NCBI GenBank assembly: GCA_030390025.1
Contig: CM059433.1
Span: forward strand, 3,224,001 to 3,288,000
DNA length: 64,000 nt
Source: Squalus acanthias
Taxonomy: Eukaryota
Direction: 5' to 3'
The position numbers and the translations under genes are program-made. Of the stretch, positions 35,681-48,450 are shown piece after piece. Under the pieces are notes generated by a model. The model had not been told where the DNA came from, searched no databases, and was given only the letters and a program-made list of their open reading frames with translations. How positions within the stretch are numbered: the first letter of the stretch is position 1; the number at the start of each line of letters is the position of its first letter.

Positions 35681-37349
35681 TGTAAGGGTTTCTGGCCCGT
35701 GTGTGGCTCTGTGCTCAGCCTGGATGCTAGTGCGAGGTTAGGCCTTGTTGCCTGTTCTGGTCTCCAGCCAGTCTGGGAGCACTAGACACCTGTGAGTGGT
35801 TTGACCCACTCGCCCTTACGGTTCTGACACTGGACTTAGGTGCGAGAGCAGTAATGGAGAGAAAACTCAGGTAGACCCGGTTGAATGGTACGAAATGGAA
35901 AATCTTTATTGCACATTATTCAAGATTACGAAATACATGTCATAAGCACAGATTAATGACAGTACAATCTTACACGCAGTTATGTAACTAATTTTAGGGA
36001 AACGAGGAACGAACGACACATCGTAAATGGGGGCACACATTACAGTTATCCTTAAAACTTAAACCCTCCCCTATCAATACCTGCTCTAAACTAGATTTGT
36101 AGGATCGAGACTCATGCTCACCACTCGTGATAACTCGGAGAATTCCGAAAACTCTGCTCGGATGTTTTTACCGCAGCACCTGATCACCCACGTGTTGATC
36201 AGGGGTCTCTGTACCCCACTTGTTTACTCGTTTCTGCTCCGGCTAGCAGGCTGGACCGTCTGCTGTCATGAAGATCTGTGTTGTCCTCGGAGTTCCGACT
36301 CTACTCAAAAAAGAGTCTTCCTGTGCCCTCGCACTGATGCGATAAAATTCGAAGAATAGTCTTCCTGGGCAAGGAAAGTGTCTCTTTGACCTACAGGCGC
36401 GGTCGGGGCTTACTGACCGTGGCGATACGTATGGTCGTCTTCTTCTCTTCTCATCTCATCTCATCTCATCTCGGGCCTCCGGTGCCAACACCGTTTACCG
36501 ACTTCTCGGGATGGTGTGCCCGTTCCAAGGCTTCACAGCCCAGTTCCACACAGATCTTCGCGGCAAGCCACGAGGCTGATCCTGGCGGATCGTAAAGTTC
36601 AACAGTCTTTAAAAGCTGCAAGAGGCAGAGACACGAGGCAAGCGGCAAGGAGTCGAAAGGATAAGAGTCAAGAGGCAGGAACAAGACGGCGAGCGAACAA
36701 GAGTCAAGAGTCAAGAGAAAGATGGACGGTTGTAGCTTACAGTTATAGTGCTAAAACTCTTCTTTTCCCGCCCAACCTTAATGTCTTTTCTTTTGTTAGG
36801 GTTTTGGCGCCCAAATTTCTTGTATAGGGTGATCTCCGTTTTAATGGGTTTCGGGGATACTCGTAACTGTCTGAGTACCTGTTAATACTTTTCCCAATGT
36901 GTAACCGGTCGGTATTCTCCCTGGAGGGTTTTTGGGGCTTCCAAATGTTTTCTGTAACTACCCGCTAACGGCTCTCTCATCGTAGAGTCGTGGGGATTTT
37001 GCATATTAATGTCTTTGGATGGGTTCTTGATCGCTTGGTACAATAGCCCTTATTCGCACCTGGGAGACCGATTTCAGTATTTATGTGTATACTGCAAACC
37101 CATAATGTCTCGTGTATTATCTCAAATGTGCTGAGTCTTGATCGATCTCGCACAAATGTTTATTGGAACGCCATCTTGTCTGCTTATCGAAAAGTCTAGA
37201 ATGTTCTGCCACGAGGCGTGGCGGCCATTTTACAGGCTGCTTGTGTCCACTTTGAAAACCTGACAGCATTCTGCTGAAATAAAGCTGTTTGAACGAAACT
37301 ATGTGTTTTCTCCTTATTTATAAAATCGCAATATATTGCGAATTCTACA
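35681..37349 (-). mobile_element. Solo LTR (1669 bp) of a diverged subfamily of the 19363-28748 element
   Basis: Reverse complement starts TGTAGAATTCGCAAT and ends CCCTTACA; TSD ATTA at 35677-35680 and 37350-37353. Confidence 0.93.
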
Positions 37350-37446
37350 ATTAATATCTCCACTGAAGTAGCAGAATGAATTAAGTATTCATACAGTAAT
37401 ATTCCACAGTGTAATTTCCGGGCCAGTTTATTGAACCATTCACAAA

Positions 37447-38601
37447 GGCCCGGATTTTACGGGGCCCTATGACCGCGGACAGTAAGCGCCCCGCAGGTTC
37501 CGGGCTTCCGCATGCGCTGTGTATGTGCAAAAACCCGGAGCTTGCGATCTGTCAAGTTTCAGCTCAACAGATCCTCCGCATGCGCAGGAAACGGACACTC
37601 GCTGGTGGAGAGTCGGGCTATTTGCCCAACGACTGCGCAGCGAATGCCCACGAAACCCTTACGCCCGGTAAAAGCAGGCGTGGGCCTTCTTTTACCAGCG
37701 TAAGGGTTTAAATAAATATTAAAATAACATTTTTTAATTCATTTAAACAATCAAAAACCTTTAAAATTAGTTTAAGTTATTTTTGGCCCCTTTAAAAATG
37801 TTTACATTTTTTTTCAAAAAATTCAATTTTGGTTTTGAATGTTTAATTAAATTGTATTTTAATTCATTTTAAACATGTGACGATTTATTTTTATTTAGGT
37901 TGTGTGATAGTGTGTTTTTTAGGGGATTCCTATTATGCTAGTGGAGCTTCCGTACATAAATGGAATCACCAAACACCACCTTAAACATTCACTCCCTCCA
38001 CCACCGGCGCACCGTGGCTGCAGTGTGTACCATCTACAAGATGCACTGCAGCAACTCGCCAAGGCTTCTTCGGCAGCACCTCCCAAACCCGCGACCTCTT
38101 CCACCTAGAAGGACAAGGGCAGCAGGTGCATGGGAACAGCACCACCTCCAAGTTCCCCTCCAAGTCACACACCATCCTGACTTGGAAGTATATCGCCGAT
38201 CCTTCATCGTCGCTGGGTCAAAATCCTGGAACTCCCTCCCTAACAGCACTGTGGGAGCACCTTCACCACACGGACTGCAGCAGTTCAAGAAGGCGGCTCA
38301 CCACCACCTTCTCGAGGGCAATTAGGAATGGGCAATAAATGCTGGCCTTGCCAGTGATGCCCACATCCCATAAACGAATAAAAAGAATAATGGGAATCCC
38401 CCTTTCTCATTCGTTGGGCCGGCCCACGTGATCTCAGAGATACTTGTAAACTGCCTGCGCCCCTGGGATACGTGGACCTTTACGCAGGCCCACGCCTGCA
38501 GGCCCAGGAGCGCAAGAGTCCGATGATACACAGGCACCAGGTAAGTGCGTACTTCTCTTGCGGATGGGAGGCATTCGCCCGCGGGAAGTAATTTCAGGTC
38601 C
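37447..38601. mobile_element. Harbinger-type MITE containing a LINE 3' fragment (~37975-38385, +)
   Basis: GGCCCGGATTTTAC / GTAATTTCAGGTCC termini; insert reads TLNIHSLHHRRTVAAVC with tail. Confidence 0.6.
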
Positions 38602-40264
38602 ATTATGTCTTTCGCTGCATGAGCACCCATTACTCTCCTGGAGGAGGAGCCAGAATAATGGCAAATCCAGGAAAAGAGGAGGAAGGAATTCAGGATAAGG
38701 GCATATCTGTGTGTGAGGCAGCATAGGCCAAGGATGAATTACTTTGGCCTTATCTCAGGAGTAATACACGAGAAGGTTTAGTAAACTAGGGAGATAATGA
38801 CATAGATGTGCTAAATGCTAAGCTGGAATCTGAACGTTATCTCAGTGACTTCAAATGCTCAGTCTTTCTTTTACTTAAAATCCTTTCAGGAGGAGACCAC
38901 AGAGTTATTAATCAATATAATGTGTCCCTCTATATTCAGGAGATGGCACCTGTGTTGTTCCAGAGGGCTGGGAGCTTTATTTGTTTCTCTGAAAGAGAAA
39001 CAACTGCCGCACAACAAAAGATTGTGTCATCAATCAAACAGCGCACTCCAAACATAAGAACTTCGGTTCCATCAGCATGTAGGTCGTGTATGATGTCAAG
39101 AAAGCGATCATCCTGGTGAAATGCCAACACTGGATCCTTTATCATAACTATCTTGTGTGCCTTGCTTATCTGAACACATAACCAACAACCTGCCCTGCGT
39201 TTAACACACAACTGGCCTGACTTCAAACTCCAGCTCCTCACTACCCAAAGCACTAGATAAACAAATACAAACAGACATATACATTTCTGTGCTACTTTAT
39301 CGGCAATCTTTTGCTTTGTTGAAGCAACAATTTAGGAAGCCTCTCTACTCTGGTGAAGACCTTGAAATAGGAGCCACCCAAAATTTGTGAATTTTCTGTG
39401 GCGTGGCGCATGCTCCATGACTTCACTCCTCAGATGGACATCCAGCTGATGGATCCCTGGCCAGGCTGCAGTGAGAAGGAATTAAAGAAGCTTATACCAG
39501 GGAAACTGGCCGAGCATTTGCAAGAGAGTACGGTAACAGCTGGTAAAATCCATGTTACTAATGTGACCTCCATTATCTATATTTTCTGTTTAATGTGCTA
39601 GTCTCGAATCACGTGCGTTCTCTGTTTTTCTTTTCATCAATAAATTAACCAAGAGTTTCATGAGGGGAAGCCACTTATGAAATTAGAATTTTTAAGTTAT
39701 CACAGGGCCAAATTGTTCAAGGATAGATTACTTGCAGGTGCACAATTAGACACACTGATAGTTCCCAGCCAGCTTATTAGTATCAGTGTTAAACCAGAGA
39801 TGGACAAAGTCATTCACTGAGTTATATTAAAAGCCAGTAAAGCATTTCTAAAATGACTCCTTTCACTTCTTCAATCAAAGTATATACTTTAATTTGCAAG
39901 CAGGAAAAACGCATTAGATAGACGAGAAATTATTTTTTCCCCAATAAAACTCCTTGCCTATCTTTTTTAATGACTCAACGGGGTTTGGGTAAATCTTCAG
40001 AGACTCTGGCCGGAATCTTGCCCAACTGGGCAGGTCAGGTGCGGCCGGTGTCCGTGGCGGGTCGCGACCCCACTGTTGGCTCCATCCCGCTGTACAAAAT
40101 GAACTTACGTTAATGGGGCCTATTGGGCCCGCCCAGCGCATTACCCACCCAATGAGATAGAGCGGGTCTGGTGACGTCATTCATGATGTGTTTTCAGCTG
40201 TGATCTTTAAAGGGGCCCCGGCCACATTAGATTTGAAGTTTAATCTAACACAGTGCTGTCAGCG

Positions 40265-40707
40265 CACGGTGGCATAGTGGTTAGCACTGGTGCCTCACAG
40301 CGCCAGGGACCCGGGTTCGAATCCGGCCTCGGGTGACTGTCTGTGTGGAGTTTGCACATTCTCCCCATGTCTGCGTGGGTTTCCTCCGGGTGCTCCGGTT
40401 TCCTCCCACAGTCCAAAAATGTGCGGGTTAGGTTGATTTGGCTATGATAAATTGACCCTTAGTGTTAGGGGGGGATTAAATATGTGGGGTTACGGGGATA
40501 GGATGGGATATGTTAGGGGGAATTAAATACGTGGGGTTACGGGGATAGGGTGGGATATGTGTCGGTGCAGGCTCGATGGGAATTCTGTGTGGGAAAGCAG
40601 GGACAGGGTACTGGATTTGGATGATCAGCCATGATCGTATTGAATGGTGGAGCAGGCTCGACGGGCCGAATGGCCTACTCCTGCTCCTAGTTTCTATGTT
40701 TCTATGT
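40265..40707 (+). mobile_element. HE1-like V-SINE
   Basis: Full copy colinear with 6126-6547. Confidence 0.85.
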
Positions 40708-40960
40708 AATGCTGCAAACACTGACAATGACTGCACAGAGGCAGAAGGCTGCACCCAGGTTCTCCCATGATTCCCTCCATATGCTTATGGAGGGAGTTAG
40801 AGCACGCAGGGAGGTCCTCTTCCCTTCCAATAGATGGAAGAGACCTCCCCAGGAGACCAAGATAGCCTGGTTGCAGATTGCAGAGGAGGTCACAAGCAGG
40901 GATGTGTTCAGGAGGACCTGGGTGCAGTGCCACAAACGTTTCAATGATCTCATTAGATCA

Positions 40961-41145
40961 AAAGTGAGAAGTCGCACAACACCAGGTTATAGTCCAACAG
41001 TTTTATTTGAAATTACGAGCTTTCGGAGCGCTGCTCCTTCGTCAGGTACAGTTCAGGTTCAAATAAAACTGTTGGACTATAACCTGGTGTTGTGCGACTT
41101 CTCATTTTTGTCCACCCCTTCCAACACCGGCATCTCCGCATCATG
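40961..41145. mobile_element. Mini Penelope-derived foldback insert with hammerhead motif (41014-41048, minus)
   Basis: ~50-bp inverted repeats 40961-41011 / 41058-41108; minus strand UAC-CUGACGA-AGGAGC-AGC-GCUCC-GAAA-GC-UC-GUA. Confidence 0.65.
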
Positions 41146-42810
41146 CTCATCTTTATTCTCAACACTTTCTAGTCTTGGACAGATTTGTGTGCACCTTTGG
41201 AAGTGGCTTAGTGAGTTGCAGTAAACGATGAGACGTAACGTTACCCCCGCAATGATAATGATTGTGAAAGGAATGGTTTGGGCATTGTAGGGATGCTTTA
41301 TGGTGTTGGTGTGGGGTCGTGCCAACCTGGCGCATCATGTGGCAGCCACATGGGTGTACAGCATCAAGTGAAGTAAATCTCTCCATGATGAGACCATCCC
41401 TGTCCTCCTGGGCAGCAATGTGGTCGGTTGCTGATGCCCTGTGTCCTGTGCAGCATCAGGTGATTGCGGAGAAGGTTGGTGGTGTTGTTGGTGCTGCTGG
41501 TGTGCCTGGTGCTGCTGGTGTTGGGGCTCATTGTGGTCCGATTCTGAGGACAAAGGTGAGACAGTACAAATGGCACCCATGTTGATAGAATAGATGGCAG
41601 GTGAAATACAGATGACAGAGGCATTTTGTCAATGGTCAGAGAGGTTCTTCCAATGAGGTGACACTGGATAGCGACTTTGCTGGAAAGACTTGCAGCCTGC
41701 AGAATCTGTGCTGGGAATGGACTGAGCAACAGCTTCTGCCTGAGGAAAGTGACCATCTGTCAGGTGGGAGCTTTCACTGTACATTTGATGCTGTCAACTA
41801 ATCAGCTGGAGCAATGGCCACTGAACTCCCACCTCAGGTTGACAGACATGGTTCCCGAGCAGCGTGAATCCCGTGGCCATGCAGAGAAATTTTAATAGTA
41901 AGTGAAAAAAGGCTCTTAAGTGCCTGTAAACCTGATTATGATCTCAATTGGGTCGCCCGCCGCTGCCGGTCAAGTCGGCTCCGCGATGACAGACGCACTG
42001 TCAAAAAATAACAACTTTCCCACCCAACCCGCCACCGATCACGCCCGCTACCACCACGAAAAATTCCAGCCTCTGGCTCAGAATTGTCCTTGGTGAGAAC
42101 ATTGATCATAGAATTGGACATAGAGGTCAGCACATCCCATTCGTGGTGCTCCTGATTCCCTGGTTATTCATTTCAATGACCAGATTGGCCCCCTTTCCTG
42201 CTCCTGTTTGCGACCCAGTGACCTCTGCATGTGTGTGGAGTTTAAATGAGGGCAGGATTCCCATAGCCATAATGATGTGAAAGTTATGTACAGTGCGCAC
42301 TTAAATATGCACTTCCAGTGGGCAGGGCTCCCTACTGGGAGTGTGAGATTGGAAAATCATCCCCTACAGTCTCAGCATTCTTAGCAAACTCTTTAAACAC
42401 ATTTGAAGAAGCAGAATTGTTGTAAATTGCTGTACAGATATTGTTCAAAAAGCAATACAGTTCAGGGACTGTAACGGTTGAATATTTATTTTCATAAATT
42501 GAGAAACCAACAACAAATTGCATTTATATAGCAGTGTCACATTTCAGGGATAATACACTGTCACAGGGGTACCATTGGTGTAGTACGTATGTTAAAACCT
42601 TCTCCTATTGAACTAACCTTTGCTCTCAGGGGAATAAATTCACAAGGCCCACAGGACAGCACAGCTTGAACATATAGCTCAGAATTCAGGGTGTCTGAAC
42701 CAATGTGCTGCAGACAACAAGGATCGATTCAACTTTCAAGGAACTGTTCCCACTTTTGCTACTGTGACAATTCTATTCATTTACGCTCAGCAGGGGTGAC
42801 TGCCAAGTTA

Positions 42811-43274
42811 AAGAAAGACTTGCATTTCTATCGCGCCTTTCATGACCACTGGACGTCTCAAAGCGCTTTACAGCCAATGAAGTACTTTTTTGAAGTGTAG
42901 TCCCTGTTGTAATGTGGGAAACACAGCAGTCAATTTGCACACAGCAAGCTCCCACAAACAGCAATGTGATAATGACCAGATAATCTGTTTTTGTTATGTT
43001 GATTGAGGGATAAATATTGGCCAGGACAGCAGGGATAACTCCCATGTTCTTCTTCGAAATAGTGCCCATGGGATCTTTTACATCCACCTGAGAGAACAGA
43101 CGGGGCCTCGGTTTAACGTCTCATCTGAAAGACGGCACCTCCGACAATGCAACACTACCTCAGCACTGCACTGGAGTGTTAGCCTAGCATTTATGTGCTC
43201 AAGTCCCTGGAGTGGGACTTTGAACCCACAACCTTCTGACTCAGAGGCGAGTGTGCTACCCACTGAGCCACAGC
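42811..43274 (-). mobile_element. Complete Deu-domain SINE
   Basis: tRNA-like head, Deu core, L2-type tail. Confidence 0.85.
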
Positions 43275-43339
43275 TGATACATAAGTTGGTAGATTGTGCT
43301 CCCGGGTGGGGGTAGTCACTTTGACTGAAATGTGATTGG

Positions 43340-46300
43340 AGAAAAACACAGGAGACAGTGGAATGCAAAGAGAGGGCATGAAAAAATATTGGCAAGTAAA
43401 ATCAAGGAAAACACAAAAATGTTTTATAAATACATAAAGAGCAAGAGGATAATTGAAGTAAGAGCAAGGCTGTTAGAGACTGAAAAGGTAATGTGTGTGG
43501 AGGCGGCAGACGTGGGTATGGTTCGTAATGAATACTTTGCGTCTGTCTTCACCAAAGAGAGGGATGATGCAAACATTATAGTTAAGGAGGAGGAGTGTGA
43601 AATATTAGATGAGATAAATACAGTGAGAGAGGAAGTATTAAGGGGTTTAGCATCTTTGAAAGTAGATAAAACGCCAGGCCTGGGTGAACTGTATCCCAGG
43701 CTGTTAACAGAAGCAAGGGAGGAAATAGCGGAGGCTCTGCCCATCATTTTCCAATCCTCTCTGCCTACAGGTGTGGTGCTGAAGGACTGGAGGACTGCTA
43801 AATTGGCAAGGGTAGCCTTGAGGACGAGTTCATAGAATGTATTCGGGATGGTTTCTTAGAACAATAGGTTGTGGAACCAACCAGGGAGCAGGCTATTTTC
43901 GATCTGGTAATGCGTAATGAGACAGGATTAATTAATGATCTCATTGTAAAGGATCCTCTAGGGAAGAGTGATCATAGCATGATTGAATTTCAAATTCAGT
44001 TTGAGGGTGAGAAACATGTGTCTGAAACTAGCGTCCTAAACTTAAATAAAGGCAATTACAAAGGTATGAAGACAGAGTTGGCTAAAGTGGACTGGGAAAA
44101 TAGATTAAAGGGTAAGACGGTAGATAAGCAGTGGCAGACATTTATGGAGATATTTCATAACTCTCAGCAAAAGTTTATTCAAGTGAGAAAGAAAGACTGT
44201 ACGAGAAGGATGAACCATCCATGGCTAACTAAGGAAGTTAAGGATGGAATCAAAAAGGCATACAGTGTTGCAAAGATTAGTGGTAGGCTAGAGGATTAGG
44301 ACATTTTTAGAAACCAGCAAAGGATGACTAAAAAAATAATAGAGGGAGAAGATAGATTATGAGAGTAAACTAGCTAAAAATATAAAAACAGACAATAAGA
44401 GCTTCTACGGGTATATAAAAAGGAAGAGAGTAGCTAAAGTAAACGTTGGTCCCTTAGAGGATGAGACTGGGGAATTAATAATGGGAAACAGGGAAATGGC
44501 AGAGACTTTGAACAAATATTTTGTATCAGTCTTCACGGTAGAAGACACTAAAAGCATTCCAATAATAATTGATAATCAAGGGGCTATAGGGAGGGAGGAA
44601 CTTAAAACAATCACTATCACTAGAGAAAAAGTACTAGGCAAACTAATGGGACTAAAGGCTGACAAGTCCCCTGGACCCAATGGCCTGCATCATAGGGTTT
44701 TAAAAGAAGTGGCTGCAGAGATAGTGGATGCATTGGTTGTAATCTACCAACATTCCCTGGATTCTGGAGAGGTCCCAGCGGATTGGAAAACTGCAAATGT
44801 AACTCTCCTATTCAAGAAAGGAGGGAGACAGAAAGCAGGAAACTATAGGCCAGTTAGCCTAACATCTGTCCTTGGAAAAATGCTGGAATCCATTATTAAG
44901 GAAGTAATATTGAAGGACATTTAGAAAATCATAATACAATCAAGCAGAGTCAACATGGTTTTATGAAAGGGAAATCATGTTTGACAAATTTACTAGAGTT
45001 CTTTGAGGATGTAACGAGCAGGGTGGATAAAGGGGAACCAGTAGATGTAGTGTATTTGGATTTCCAGAAGGCATTCGATAAGGTGCCGCATAAAAGGTTA
45101 CTGCACAAGATAAGAGCTCACGGTGTTAGGGGTAATATATTAAACTGGATAGAGGATTGGCTAACTGACAGAAAACAGAGAGTCGGAATAAATAGGCCAT
45201 TTTCAGGTTGGCAAACTGTAACTAGTGGGGTGCCACAAGGATCGGTGCTGGGGCCTCAACTATTTACAATCTATATTAATGACTTGGATGAAGGGACCAA
45301 GTGTACTGTTGCCAAATTTGCTGACGATACAAAGATAGGTGGGAAAGCAAGTTGTGAGAAGGACACAAAAGGCTGCAAAGGGATATAGATAGGTTAATGA
45401 GTGGGCAAAAATTTGGCAGATCAAGTTTAATGTGGGAAAATGTGAGGTTATTCACTTTGGTAGGAAGAATAAAAAAGCAAAATATTATTTAAATGGAGAG
45501 AAACTACAGAATGCTGCGGTACAGAGGGATCTGGGTGTCCTCGTACATGAAACACAAAAAGTTAGCATGCAGGTACAGCAAGTAATTAGGAAGGCAAATG
45601 GAATATTGGCCTTTATTGCAAGGGGAATGGAGTATAAAAGTAGGGAAGTCTTGCTACAACTGTACAGGGCATTGGTGAGACCACACCCGGAGTACTGCTT
45701 ACAGTTTTGGTCTCCTTATTTAAGGAGGGATATACTTGCATCGGAGGCAGTTCAGAGAAGGTTCACGAGGTTAATTCCTGAGATGAAGGGGTTGTCTTAT
45801 GAAGAAAGGTTGAGCAGGTTGGGCCTATACTCATTGGAGTTTAGAAGAATGAGAGATGATCTTATTGAAACATAAGATTCTGAGGGGGATTGACAGGGTA
45901 GATGCAGGTAGGATGTTCCCCCTCGTGGGGGAATCTAAAACTAGGGCTTAGTTTCAGAATAAGGGGTCACCCATTTAAAACGGAGATGAGGAGGAATTTC
46001 TTCTCTGAGGGTTGTGAATCTTTGTAATTCTCTACCCAGAGAGCTGTGGAGGCGGAGTCATTGAATATATTCAAGGCAGAGATAGACAGATTTTTGAAAA
46101 ACAGGGGAATCAAGGGTTATGGGGAGCGGGCGGGAAAGTGGAGTTGAGGCCAAGATCAGATCAGCCATGATCTTATTGAATGGCGGAGCAGGTTCGAGGG
46201 GCTGAATGGCCGACTCCTGCTCCTATTTCTTATGTTCTTATGTTCTAATGTTGTACCGTTGCTTAAAAAGGGAGAAACGAAAAGACCGAGTAATTACAGG

Positions 46301-47700
46301 CCAGTCTGGCCTAACCTCAGTGGTGGGCAAATTATTGGAAAAAATTCTGAGGGACAGTATTAATCATCTTTTAGAAGGCACAGATTAATCAAGGACAATC
46401 AGGATTTGTTATGGGAAGGTTGTGTCTGACTAACTTGATTGAATTTTTTGAGGAGGTAACAAGTAGGGTCGATGAGGGTAGTGCATTTGATGTAATCTAT
46501 ATGGATTTTAGCAAGGCTTTTGACAAGGTCCCACATGGCAGGCTGGTCAGAAAAGTAAAAACCTATGGGATCCAAGGGAAAGTGGCAATTTGGATCCAAA
46601 ATTGGCTCAGTGGCAGGAAGCAAAGGGTAATGGTCAACGGGTGTTTTTGTGACTGGAAGGCTGTCTCCAGTGGGGTTCCGCAGGGCTCAGTACTAGGTCC
46701 CTTGATTTTTGTGGTCTATATCAATGATTTAGACTTCAATGCAGGGGGCATGATTGAGATGTGTGCAGATGATACAAAAATTGTCTGTGTGGTTGATAGT
46801 GAGGAAGAAAGCTGTAGACTGCAGGAAGTTATCAATGGACTGGTCAGATGGGCAGAAAAGTGGCAAATGGAATTCAATCCAGGGAAGTGTGAGGTAATGC
46901 ATTTGGGGAGGGCTAATAAGGCAAGGGAATACACAATAAATGGTAGGATACTGAGAAGTGTAGAGGTTCAGAGGGACCTTGGAGTGCAGGTCCACAGTTC
47001 ACTGAAGGTAGCAGGACAGGTAGATTAGGTGGGTAAGAAGGCATTCAGGAGACTTTCCTTTATTAGTCGAGGCATAGAATATAAGAGCAGGGACGTTATG
47101 CTTGAACTTTATAAAACACTAGTTAGGCCACAGCTAGAGTACTGCATGCAGTTCTGGTCACCGCATTACAGGAAGGATGTGATTGCACTAGAGAGGATGC
47201 AGAGGAGATTTACGAGGATGTTTCCAGGACTGGAGAATTTTAGCTATGAGGAAATATTGGATAGGCTGGGGTTGTTTTCTTTGGAACAGAGGAGGCTGAG
47301 GAGAGACCTAATTGAGGTGTGTAAAATTATGAGGCTTCTAGATAGAGTGGATAGGAAGGACCTACTCCCCTTAGTAGTGAGGTCAACAACCAGGGGGCAT
47401 AGATTTAAAATCATTGGGGGAAGGATTAGAGGGGAGTTGAGGAGAATTTATTTCACCCAGAGGGTGGTGGGGGTCTAGAACTCACTGCCTGAAAGGGTGG
47501 TAGAGGCAGAAACCCTCATCACATTTAAAGGGTGCTTGGATATGCACTTGAAGTGCCGTAACCTACAGGGCTACGGACCAAGTGCTGGAAAGTGGGATTA
47601 GGCTGGAGAGCTCTTTTTCAGCCGGCAAAGACACGATGGGCCGAATGGCCTCCTTCTGTGCCATAAATGTCTCTGATTCTATGATTCTATATGATTCTAC
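43340..47700 (+). mobile_element. Nested CR1 LINEs: inner copy 43801-46247 inside outer copy (43340-43800 + 46248-47700); RT pseudogenes
   Basis: YLDFQKAFDKVPH, GVPQGSVLGP, KFADDTK; outer DWRTA|NVVPL motif split by the inner copy; stops and frameshifts. Confidence 0.88.
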
Positions 47701-48450
47701 CCCAGGCTGAAGGCCAAAATGCAGGGGGTCCAGTTTTATACAGCTAATAGTTGCACAGAAAGTAAGATAATTCTGAAAATACACGAAAGACAATCCAGCA
47801 ATGTACAATAGAATGGCAAGATTATTATTTTCCTCATGTACAAAAAGCGAAGTGAAGCGGCGAGGAGTAAGTGCGTTTTCATCACAACCGGTTCTCTGTA
47901 TGTTCTCGTGTTGGGAAATAGAGCAGCTTCATGACTTGTATCTGGCCTCATTCACCAAGTGTTCACTTAGTCCACTTCGGGAAAATTGAAGAAGCATTTG
48001 TGTGAAAGACACGGATATCTAGTACAGATCACAAGGGGATGCTGTTGCTATGTCCTTTGGTTTTCTCTCATGCAAGTAGATATAGGGCAACATGAGTTAA
48101 TACTCATACAATGAAGACTCTCAGACCACTGACGGGAGCCACTGATGCCACTGGGCCCGAGACACTATCGACGGCAGATCGAAGTACATAAAAAGTGAAG
48201 GCAGCTACCTGGGGTACTGAGTTACATTGCTGATAAAGGCAATTCGAAATCTAAAAGTGAACCTAAACAGAAACAGAGATTTAAAAAATGTAAAATTTCA
48301 GTTAAAGAGGCTAACAGCCGAAGAGAAAGTGAAAGGGAGAGAGTTTCAATTTGAGTTTGAGTGATGCAGACAGGAAGAAGAGAGAAAATAAGAATAATGA
48401 AGATTGCAGGAAGAGAGGGAACGATGCAAATTTGAGGTCACAGAGAAAAG

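Larger units (their letters stand above)
40008..42071 (+). mobile_element. Defective Harbinger transposon with Myb/SANT-like ORF remnant
   Basis: TIRs GGCCGGAATCT / AAATTCCAGCC, TSD TCT; APRFSHDSLHML...AWLQIAEEV...RTWVQCHKRFNDL at ~40750-40960. Confidence 0.75.
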
